From contig NW_018408898.1 of NCBI RefSeq assembly GCF_002113885.1, positions 62,001-125,935 on the forward strand: DNA of 63,935 bases, written 5' to 3'. This document shows positions 54,444 to 63,935 of the stretch, piece by piece (position 1 is the stretch's first letter; each line of letters opens with the position of its first letter). The notes below the pieces were generated by a model. That model saw only the letters and a program-made list of their open reading frames with translations. It searched no databases and was not told the origin of the DNA. A program made the position numbers and the translations under genes. The stretch is from Mizuhopecten yessoensis. Taxonomy: Eukaryota.

Positions 54444-56214
54444 TAAATATATTTATCATTGTTATGTAAACGAGTGGACGGGATGTCCGTGTCTTGTCTC
54501 GCACGTGCAGCTACTAGTGCACGTGGGACAGGTATGCTTGGGACAGTAGCGACACGTACAGGTGTCTGTGTTCGCCTAGCTGTCGATCAGTCCGGACGTA
54601 CTTGTTATCGCTGATATGACCGAGTTAAATACCGAGGGGGATAGTATTGGTCCTACGGATAGTGTTCCGGCCCCAAAACCAGTTAGTTCTAATAACGACG
54701 CCTTCCAGGCTTTGGACTTATTTACTACCTACCTTGACGCAAAATTGAAAGGTCTACGGGACGATATAAGGGAGGAACATGACTTGTCCGCTAACTCCTT
54801 CAAACGTTTGAAAAAAGAAAGAGAAGTGANNNNNNNNNNNNNNNNNNNNNNNNNNNNNNNNNNNNNNNNNNNNNNNNNNNNNNNNNNNNNNNNNNNNNNN
54901 NNNNNNNNNNNNNNNNNNNNNNNNNNNNNNNNNNNNNNNNNNNNNNNNNNNNNNNNNNNNNNNNNNNNNNNNNNNNNNNNNNNNNNNNNNNNNNNNNNNN
55001 NNNNNNNNNNNNNNNNNNNNNNNNNNNNNNNNNNNNNNNNNNNNNNNNNNNNNNNNNNNNNNNNNNNNNNNNNNNNNNNNNNNNNNNNNNNNNNNNNNNN
55101 NNNNNNNNNNNNNNNNNNNNNNNNNNNNNNNNNNNNNNNNNNNNNNNNNNNNNNNNNNNNNNNNNNNNNNNNNNNNNNNNNNNNNNNNNNNNNNNNNNNN
55201 NNNNNNNNNNNNNNNNNNNNNNNNNNNNNNNNNNNNNNNNNNNNNNNNNNNNNNNNNNNNNNNNNNNNNNNNNNNNNNNNNNNNNNNNNNNNNNNNNNNN
55301 NNNNNNNNNNNNNNNNNNNNNNNNNNNNNNNNNNNNNNNNNNNNNNNNNNNNNNNNNNNNNNNNNNNNNNNNNNNNNNNNNNNNNNNNNNNNNNNNNNNN
55401 NNNNNNNNNNNNNNNNNNNNNNNNNNNNNNNNNNNNNNNNNNNNNNNNNNNNNNNNNNNNNNNNNNNNNNNNNNNNNNNNNNNNNNNNNNNNNNNNNNNN
55501 NNNNNNNNNNNNNNNNNNNNNNNNNNNNNNNNNNNNNNNNNNNNNNNNNNNNNNNNNNNNNNNNNNNNNNNNNNNNNNNNNNNNNNNNNNNNNNNNNNNN
55601 NNNNNNNNNNNNNNNNNNNNNNNNNNNNNNNNNNNNNNNNNTGTACGTCCTCGTTGCTAGGCGGACGAACTCCCGGTAAAGAGTTGGAGTTTTATATGAT
55701 AAATAATTTATGTTCGTTTGAGGGAAGCGAATTAGAATATAAATATATTTATCATTGTTATGTAAACGAGTGGACGGGATGTCCGTGTCTTGTCTCGCAC
55801 GTGCAGCTACTAGTGCACGTGGGACAGGTATGCTTGGGACAGTAGCGACACGTACAGGTGTCTGTGTTCGCCTAGCTGTTGATCAGTCCGGACTTCCCGC
55901 CCACCCGCCCATTCTTGTTAGTACTTGTTCAGTTTTTGGGTGGCTGTTACATTATATTTCCAGCAATCCTTTCACATGGGGAATGAAACAACCTGATTTG
56001 TGTACAGCTATTTTGGAGCATGAAGGACAAGACGAAGTGGCCAGCAATTCCCGCACAGCACTGGGATTACGGATCCATTTTCCGATTTCCATGTAATTTT
56101 ACCTGAATAAATCTGTACGTCCTCGTTGCTAGGCGGACGAACTCCCGGTAAAGAGTTGGAGTTTTATATGATAAATAATTTATGTTCGTTTGAGGGAAGC
56201 GAATTAGAATATAA
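54444..56214 (+). mobile_element. Ngaro/PAT-type DIRS (tyrosine-recombinase retrotransposon) with split direct repeats A1-ORF-[gap]-B1-A2-B2
   Basis: A1 54444-54597 equals A2 55740-55893 (154 bp, one mismatch seen). B1 55642-55742 equals the end of B2, 56114-56214. An ORF1-like start lies at 54616. The interior is hidden by 812 Ns. Confidence 0.8.
54616..54829 (+). CDS. N-terminus of putative ORF1 (gag-like) of the Ngaro/DIRS element, runs into the gap
   Basis: ATG 19 nt after repeat A1; 71 open codons with helical, charged character (LDLFTTYLDAKLKGLRDDIREE...FKRLKKERE). Confidence 0.55.
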
Positions 56215-57616
56215 TTATATTATAGGTGTATTGACAGACGAGGCTAGTACCTGTGATGTGTATAAAATATATAGCATTTATTCCGACATCATATACGAAA
56301 TAAAATTAACAAGTTTCTGATAACCTCATGTGTAATATTAAAATGTTGTCCCAGCATGTTTTAGCGATATAAAAATGTGTCATTGTTATTCAGTAAAAAT
56401 GTTGCCAATACAATTTTAATTGGCCAATTAAATTCAGCACGCACCTGCAGCATTCAATCAAACAACTGAAATTTGTAGACTGATATTGATTGGTAGAGAA
56501 TTGATAAATTATTGTAAAGACGAACAATGTTGGTATATATATATGCTACGTCTCCGATTATAGTTACCACTCATTTTACGTAAAGATGCAGCATCATATA
56601 TATAAACCCCTTCGGGTGCCTCATACGAAAATAACGATAGCTCCTGTGACTCCATGTTGGTGAGTGTGAGACGTCGTCCCATCATGTGTATTGTAGCAGG
56701 AAACTAGAGCGATATTACCTGAACAATGGGCAGACGGACGTCGTGATTAACATTATGTACCTGTGGTAAGCCTGCTATTTAGACCGGTCGATGGACTGGT
56801 CAAATGTCTGTAATACTCTCTCATTTGGCTTTGTTTACATGTTGGATCATCCGGTTCACGGAGAGCCAGTACACAGTGTATAAAACATGTAATGATTTTC
56901 GATGTTACACACCAATTCGGTAATCTTTCAGGGATATAAACAACATTTAACGTTACAGTGTTGTCCTGGACGTATCAATAAGTATTTGTGTATTGTTATA
57001 TAGTCCAAAGCGAGGAATGTGTGGTATGTCTACAAGTTTTAGTCAGCTGTTGCTCAGCCTCATGGGCCTTGTTTGTCTGCAGACAGTCTACATGCCCCAG
57101 GTGGGATATTTATGCACAAAACGATGTACACTAGCTACTGTATCATATTCCGGTACCTGCCTATAGATATACGCTACATCTCTTAGTCAAACTGCAGTTT
57201 GGTTCATCCTGAAATAATGGTGAAGAATATATACACATGTAAATGCCGTGACATGTTACCTATTAGACACACTAGCCTCATTACTGCGTAAGTGCTTTGT
57301 ATGTACCTCGTGAACCGCTGAACTGTGTATACATATATGCAGGGATGTGCTACACATCCCTGATATAGGCCATTTGAATATGATCAATTGTAAATGTTCA
57401 TTGTTCTAATTAGTCAAGTTCTAGTCTGCATGTTGATCATCAACTTAAATCATTATTTGCAATCAAGGTTTATTTGTCTTTGTCATTTTTTTCACATCAT
57501 GATCATGTATCGACCAAGTTCAACTTATATTCGGACACATGTACATAAACCTTGATTTGTACACAGCACACATATGCATGTACAGCTGGTGCTGGACTCA
57601 CAGATTAGATGTGTAT

Positions 57617-58010
57617 CAGGGCTGTCACAATATATCGGAAAACAGGTATATTGCAATACACAGGCATATCGTATCGTACCACAATACAGAGATGGAATAT
57701 TGCTGTATCGCAATATTTTTTAAAGCATATTTTTATGTATCTGTTTTGTGTTTTAACTTTGCAAATTACTACAAATTCTAACAGATATGCCAATAAGCAT
57801 AAAGTAGGATTTTAATAGTTCAAATTTTGTAATCGATGCTTGGTTTGACAAAAATCTTAAATCTATGTAACCATATTATATATGATTAAGTTTGATAACA
57901 TTCTGACAACAACTTATTATAAAATTGCGCACATCCTTCCCATTGACAATATATCGGGATACGTATCGCAATATATTCATTCTGTATTGCAATATATTGT
58001 GAGACACTCT
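57617..58010. mobile_element. hAT-like non-autonomous element/MITE
   Basis: Starts cagggctgtcacaatatat and ends atatattgtgagacactct, with repeated subterminal tatcg/caata motifs. atgtgtat occurs at 57609-57616 and again at 58019-58026. Confidence 0.55.
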
Positions 58011-59470
58011 TTTGCATAATGTGTATATAAACTAAATAATAGTAACTATTATATAGTATACATATATACACATCATATCGGTGTGTGCAGCACCTTTAGT
58101 ATGTAGTGTAGAAGCCTATAATTTCTGCTAATCATTATTCATGTTATGAGATATTCTATAGTGTTTGGCAAGTCAGTCATACAATTACGCTACATTTGGT
58201 TTCCTAAGAGTTTTGAACCCTGGACCTCAGGTTTACTAGTACGACTCTGTACCGAATTAGCTAAAAAGACAACTGCCAGTATTTTACTGGGTCATCGCTA
58301 GAGACTAATTTTCAAAACCACTAGTCATTGGTCCATGTGCAAATTCTACAAATCAGATGTTATTCAACAATTTAAGTAATATATCAAATTGGGCTACCAT
58401 TTTTTTCTAGCCCTGAACAGGACCATATATTATGTCCCAAGTGTTTCCAGGAGTGACAGCAGTTAATACCTACGTGAAAGTAAGGCTGAATATTTTTTGT
58501 CAATATGGATTCATTACATGGGTTTGAGAGTAACAGAGGTAATTATTTTTCAATATTTCTGTTAAGGATCAAACAGTGTTACCTCTGGTTTAGAAGTCTG
58601 ACACTCTGCAGTGCTGAATAAGCTGTGCATGTGACAATATTCTCCCTTTGAGCCAAGTTAGAAGTATTTTACTAGGGCACCAACAGCAACGCCATTGACA
58701 GTTACAGATCTAGAAGGGTTTTCAGGGCTTCCCTAATATCTGCATTTCACACACTAAGTGTGTGATTCCGCATTTTTATACAATCAATTTTCCACAATTA
58801 CCAAAAATTGCATAAAAATTAATTTATGCAAAATTCACACAAATATTACGCATTTGCAGAGCTGATGTGTAAAATGTAGGTGAGGGTTCAGGAGGCAGCC
58901 CCCCCCCGAGTCTGAGAATATTCTGAGGTTCTTAAAACTGGCCTCTGAATGTGTGCTGAATTATGTAATAATATCAGCTGTATTTTCTGAAAAACATTGA
59001 ATGTGTTTCAATGTGGAATGTATAGCAATGGGGTTGAATTGGACTTGATATAAGCAGCGGTGGGAAACTAATGCCTTAGTCCTAACGACATAACAACCAA
59101 GTTTAATAGGAAAGGACCATATGGTTGTGTACCTCAGAAAGGTCTGGCTCATATGTGTAATGTGATACGTTAGACTGTACGCTGATCTTAATTACAATTT
59201 CCTTTCAGAGTTCCCCTTACTAAAAACTTCCCGATTGATCTTGACAGGATGTGAAAACAATTGAAATATAACCTCACTTTGAATCTATACATAACACTTC
59301 AGATTTTACGACTTTATGTAAGAATAGTCACTAATAAGAGCACCACTTATTTTCTAGGTTTGATATAAATATGTGTTTTTGAGGAAAAGGTGTTTTTTTC
59401 CGCTTTTCATGTGATGTTTAGTTAGCAGAAAATGTTTGCCAGTGATATACATATTTAAACTACTTGGTAG

Positions 59471-59884
59471 TATTATGAGAAGTTCTTTTTACACAACCAA
59501 TAAAATTTTCTATGTGACGTTTGGATGACTAGTACGATATGTACACTGTCATCTCCATCAGACAAATGACCAGTGAAGCGTATGCACACAAAGGTGTAAG
59601 AGGTTATAAGTTGTCCATAAAATCGATGTTGATTTCGGCTACGCTGGAAACGTATGTACAATAGTTGTTATATATGTACCGAAATGACTCGACATTGATT
59701 TTATAGACAACTGGTACACATTTTACACCTTTGTGTGCATACGCTTCATTGGTCATTTGTCTGATGAAGGTGACAGTGTACATATCGTACTAGTCATCGA
59801 AACGTCACATAGAAAATTTTATTGGGTTTGTAAAAAGAACTAATCATAATCCATACTTACCAACCTGAAGAAAATGTTTAGAAA
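59471..59884. mobile_element. Penelope-like element remnant: inverted pLTR pair with possible 10-bp TSD
   Basis: Inverted arms of about 155 bp (about 59472-59630 and 59690-59850) around a spacer of about 60 bp, each with a hammerhead motif. tacttggtag occurs at 59461-59470 and 59885-59894. Confidence 0.7.
59756..59811 (+). ncRNA. Minimal type-I hammerhead ribozyme motif (Penelope type)
   Basis: tgt | CTGATGA (59761-67) | a | ggtgac...gtcatc stem II (extended by gtac/gtac) | GAAAC GTC (59799-59806) | aca. Stem I is only tgt/aca. Confidence 0.72.
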
Positions 59885-60622
59885 TACTTGGTAGCATGTT
59901 TTCAATTTCGTTGATCTTGTATAAATATGTATAACACAGGAAAATGTTGATAAAATTTGACTGGATTCAGCTATATGGTAATTATAAGCAGATTACATGT
60001 GTAAAAAAATATTATTACACAAACTTATTTTTTTTTTTGTCATTTTTCAAAGCCAGAAATTGAGATGGTTCTCCATTATGTTGTTTTAATGTTGCTTTGC
60101 TTTTGACGGCGTTGGATCATGAATTACATAAGACCAAATAATATGTATGTAAACGGATTAGGTCACTGGAAAAAAGAGGGTAGTTTAACGTTGTCAGGAT
60201 TTATTTTTTTATTTATTTTTTCAAATATTTGTTCTTGAGGTGTGCCTGCCTTTGAAGTAGAGAAGGTATTTATATGTAGTTGCCTTGTTTGTTTTTCAAT
60301 CAATTTGTTTGCATCTAGTGGACAGGTATACCCCAAAACAGGATGGAGTGCATTTGAGTGAGATTTGTTCGGGTCGGAGGTATAAAGAGTTGGTCAGGGT
60401 ACCTGAAACATACATATTGTTTACTGTCTAAGCACATACTACTAATTTGTAAGGACCATGTAATTTGTTATGACCTACCATGTAATTTGTTATGACCCAG
60501 ACCATGTAATTTGCTATTACCTAGCACATATAATTTGTTATGACCGAGACCATGTAATTTGTGTTGACCTAGTCCATGTAATTTGTTATCACCTACCCTG
60601 TAAATTGTTATGACCTACCAAG

Positions 60623-60803
60623 TAATTCGATTTCTATGATTTAATGTTGTTATATAATTGATCTTACAGATGGCCTATAAGACTACTTTAACATGTCACC
60701 AAACAACTATATCTATCATGAAGAGGCGGGGCTGCTTCCTAGTGCCCAGGGACTCTGCTGTCGACGCATCTCAAAGGCAAAGCTACTGGGACTGTTGTTA
60801 TGA
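60623..60803 (+). pseudogene. Partial duplicate 1 of the sulfotransferase acceptor and N-terminus (36-aa ORF 60693-60803)
   Basis: Near-identical to 62585-62764. AG at 60668-69; TGA at the satellite junction. Confidence 0.92.
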
Positions 60804-61392
60804 CCTACCTTGTAATTTGTTATGATCTACCATGTAATTTGGTATGACCTACCATGTCAGTTGTTATGGCCTACCATGTAATTTGGTATGACCTACCATG
60901 TCAGTTGTTATGGCCTACCATGTAATTTGGTATGACCTAGACCATATAATTTGTTATGACCCAGACCATGTAATTTGCCATGTAATGTGTTATGACCTAG
61001 ACAATGTTATTTGTTATGACCTAATTTGCTGCTTTATTTACAGGTGTCTCAGATTGTTGATAGATGTTTGTTATGACCTAATTTGCTGCTTTATTTACAG
61101 GTGTCTCAGATTGTTGATAGGTGTTTGTTATGACCTAACATGTAATTTGCTATTACCTAGCACATATAATTTGTTATGACCCAGACCATGTAATTTGTTC
61201 TTACCTACCATATAATTTGTTATGACCCAGACCATGTAATTTGCTATTACCTAGCACATATAATTTGTTATGACCTTCCATGTAATTTGTTAGGACCTAC
61301 CATGTAATTGGTTATGACCTACCATGCAATCTGTTATGACCTAACATGTAATTTGTTATCACCTACCCTGTAAATTGTTATGACCTACCAAG

Positions 61393-61573
61393 TAATTCGA
61401 TTTCTATGATTTAATGTTGTTATATAATTGATCTTACAGATGGCCTATAAGACTACTTTAACATGTCACCAAACAACTATATCTATCGTGAAGAGGCGGG
61501 GCTGCTTCCTAGTGCCCAGGGACTCTGCTGTCGCCGCATCTCAAAGGCAAAGCTACTGGGACTGTTGTTATGA
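61393..61573 (+). pseudogene. Partial duplicate 2 (36-aa ORF 61463-61573)
   Basis: As duplicate 1; AG at 61438-39. Confidence 0.92.
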
Positions 61574-61976
61574 CCTACCATCTAATTTGTTATGACCTGC
61601 CATGTAATTTGTTAGGACCTACCATGTAATTGGTTATGACCTACCATCTAATTTGTTATGACCGAGACCATGTAATTTGGTATGACCTACCATGTAATTT
61701 ACCATGTAATTTGTTCTTACCTACCATATAATTTGTTATGACCCAGACCATGTAATTTGTCATGACCTAGACCATGAAATTTGTTATGACCTGCCATGTA
61801 ATTTGTTAGGACCTACCATGTAATTGGTTATGACCTACCATATAATTTGTTATGACCTTCCATGTAATTTGTTAGGACCTACCATGTAATTTCTTATGAC
61901 CTAGACCACGTAATTTGTTATGACTTACCATGTAATTTGTTTTTACCCACCAATTAATTTGTTTTGACCTACCATG

Positions 61977-62157
61977 TAATTCGATTTCTATGTTTTAATG
62001 TTGTTATATAATTGATCTTACAGATGGCCTATAAGACTACTTTAACATGTCACCAAACAACTATATCTATCGTGAAGAGGCGGGGCTGCTTCCTAGTGCC
62101 CAGGGACTCTGCTGTCGCCGCATCTCAAAGGCAAAGCTACTGGGACTGTTGTTATGA
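61977..62157 (+). pseudogene. Partial duplicate 3 (36-aa ORF 62047-62157)
   Basis: As duplicate 1; AG at 62022-23. Confidence 0.92.
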
Positions 62158-62324
62158 CCTACCTTGTAATTTGTTATGAGCTACCATGTAATTTGTTCTT
62201 ACCTACCATATAATTTGTTATGACCGAGACCATGTAATTTGTGTTGACCTAGTCCATGTAATTTGTTATGAACAAACAATTATTTTGTTATTAACTAACA
62301 AGTAATTTGTTATGACGTACCATG

Positions 62325-62505
62325 TAATTCGATTTCTATGATTTAATGTTGTTATATAATTGATCTTACAGATGGACTATAAGACTACTTGAACATGTCA
62401 CCAAACAACTATATCTATCGTGAAGAGGCGGGGCTGCTTCCTAGTGCCAAGTGACTCTGCTGTCGACGCATCTCAAAGGCAAAGCTACTGGGACTGTTGT
62501 TATGA
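62325..62505 (+). pseudogene. Partial duplicate 4 (ATG 62395, extra GGA>TGA stop at 62452-62454)
   Basis: As duplicate 1; AG at 62370-71. Confidence 0.92.
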
Positions 62506-62599
62506 CCTACCATCTAATTTGTTATGACCCAGACCATGTAATTTGGTATGACCTAGACCATGTAATTTGTTATGACCTACCATGTAATTCGATTTCTAT

Positions 62600-62631
62600 G
62601 TTTTAATGTTGTTATATAATTGATCTTACAG
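62600..62631 (+). promoter_or_regulatory. Probable 3' splice acceptor of a 5'-UTR intron
   Basis: T-rich tract ending tcttacAG 24 nt before the ATG. An in-frame TAA at 62640 shows the CDS starts in this exon. Confidence 0.6.
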
Positions 62632-62654
62632 ATGGCCTATAAGACTACTTGAAC

Positions 62655-63758
62655 ATGTCACCAAACAACTATATCTATCATGAAGAGGCGGGGCTGCTTC
62701 CTAGTGCCAAGGGACTCTGCTGTCGACGCATCTCAAAGGCAAAGCTACTGGGACTGTTGTTATGTTTGGGGATAGCCCTGTTCTTGTTGACTTTTAGTAG
62801 TCCTCATTACGATGTGAACCAGAAGGACAATTCTGGTACTAGACGACACATACTGCCAAAGGTCACAGACTACATAGATCCAGCAAACAAGGTCAGGCCT
62901 GGCAGTAATAATCGACTTCCGAATGACATACGTAACGACATTCCGATTCACAAAAAGACTAATTTGCGTCAAAGACTGCCACAGTGTCTTATAATAGGCG
63001 TGAAAAAGGCAGGCACAGGTGCAATGGTGCAGTACTTAAAAATGCATCCAGATGTTGTGATAGCAGATGGAGAACTTAATTTCTTTGACTATGAAAGAAA
63101 TTACCAGCAAGGATTTGAATATTATAAAAAGTTGATGCCCCCTTCTTATGAAGGACAGATAACCATGGAAAAAACATCAAACTATTTTCACAACAAAGAC
63201 ACTGAATGGCGTGTATACAATATGAACAGCTCTATGAAAATGATTTTACTTGTCCGAGAACCTATTGCTCGGACAGTCTCAGACTACCTCCAGAGAAAGC
63301 TGAAGGATAAGGTCACAAAAGAGTTGACACCACCGTTCGAAGAATTAATTATTCGACAAAAGAATGGAAGGATAAATGAAGGCTATCCGGGAATTCGTCC
63401 TTCATTCTATTACAAACACATGTTGCGATGGCTAAAGTACTTCCCTCTTTCACAAATCCATATAGTTGATGGTGACAACTTAGTGCAAAATCCCTTTGAG
63501 GAAGTTCATGCTGTGGAAAAATTTCTTGGATTACCTCACTTTATAACTCAAGATAGATTTGTGTTCAGTGATCAGAAAGGATTTTATTGCATGTCCATTG
63601 ATGGTTATAATGGAACAAGACAGGAGCAGTGTTTATCACGGGGCAAGGGTCGCAAACACCCCGATATAGACGAGGGAGTCATGGAAATGTTAACAGATCT
63701 ATTTAGACCACTAAATCAACAGTTTTACAAGTTGATAGGCAGAAAATTTGACTGGTAG
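62655..63758 (+). CDS. HS3ST1-like: Heparan sulfate glucosamine 3-O-sulfotransferase-like (HS3ST1/5 family) type II Golgi membrane protein, 367 aa, single coding exon
   Basis: Signal anchor LLGLLLCLGIALFLLTF; RLPQCLIIGVKKAGT (5'-PSB loop), ELNFFD, EKTSNYF, REPIARTVSDY (3'-PB), KGFYC, CL..GKGRKHP and C-terminal GRKFDW. First ATG is at 62655 (the track starts at the TTG at 62649). Confidence 0.95.
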   Translation: MSPNNYIYHEEAGLLPSAKGLCCRRISKAKLLGLLLCLGIALFLLTFSSPHYDVNQKDNSGTRRHILPKVTDYIDPANKVRPGSNNRLPNDIRNDIPIHKKTNLRQRLPQCLIIGVKKAGTGAMVQYLKMHPDVVIADGELNFFDYERNYQQGFEYYKKLMPPSYEGQITMEKTSNYFHNKDTEWRVYNMNSSMKMILLVREPIARTVSDYLQRKLKDKVTKELTPPFEELIIRQKNGRINEGYPGIRPSFYYKHMLRWLKYFPLSQIHIVDGDNLVQNPFEEVHAVEKFLGLPHFITQDRFVFSDQKGFYCMSIDGYNGTRQEQCLSRGKGRKHPDIDEGVMEMLTDLFRPLNQQFYKLIGRKFDW

Positions 63759-63935
63759 TCATTTAATACTTTAGTGTCTAGACCTACAAAATTATGAATT
63801 AATTTCAGTTCTTTTTAATGCTCTTTTACATGGCTAATTTTAAGTCAACCTTTGTAAATTGTGGAATATTTTAAATAGATATCGTTGATCGTTAGTTTTC
63901 TCTCAGTGTTTGCTCAGTGGGAAGGGAGGGGGGGG

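Larger units (their letters stand above)
60450..62590. repeat. Diverged tandem array, 22-24-bp unit (tatgacctaccatgtaatttgt), interleaved with copies of the sulfotransferase 5' end
   Basis: Direct inspection. Confidence 0.95.

Noticed and set aside
54616-55845. 409-aa ORF in the track
   Set aside because: It spans 812 Ns. Only the first 71 codons are real, and the post-gap part is terminal-repeat sequence.

Overview
AT-rich, repeat-dense eukaryotic DNA with three N-gaps. The SINE, LINE and Helentron-like repeat types suggest a marine invertebrate, probably a bivalve mollusc (inference). One protein-coding gene is supportable: a heparan sulfate 3-O-sulfotransferase-like gene with a single coding exon (62655-63758, +). 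Almost all other ORFs in the track come from minisatellites or are chance ORFs. About a third of the window is made of 15 or more unrelated tandem arrays (units about 15-73 bp). Mobile DNA includes V- and Meta-type tRNA SINEs (one SINE nested inside another), L2 and Tx1-like LINE remnants, an Ngaro/DIRS-type element with split direct repeats, several foldback MITEs, and a Penelope-like inverted pLTR pair carrying a minimal hammerhead ribozyme. Three things stand out. (1) The splice acceptor plus first 36 codons of the sulfotransferase occur in four extra upstream copies embedded in a 22-bp satellite, each ending at a TTGTTATG microhomology that creates an in-frame TGA. (2) An intact sense-strand hammerhead core lies about 2.8 kb upstream of that gene. 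(3) The enzyme has substitutions at residues essential in vertebrate 3-OST-1.
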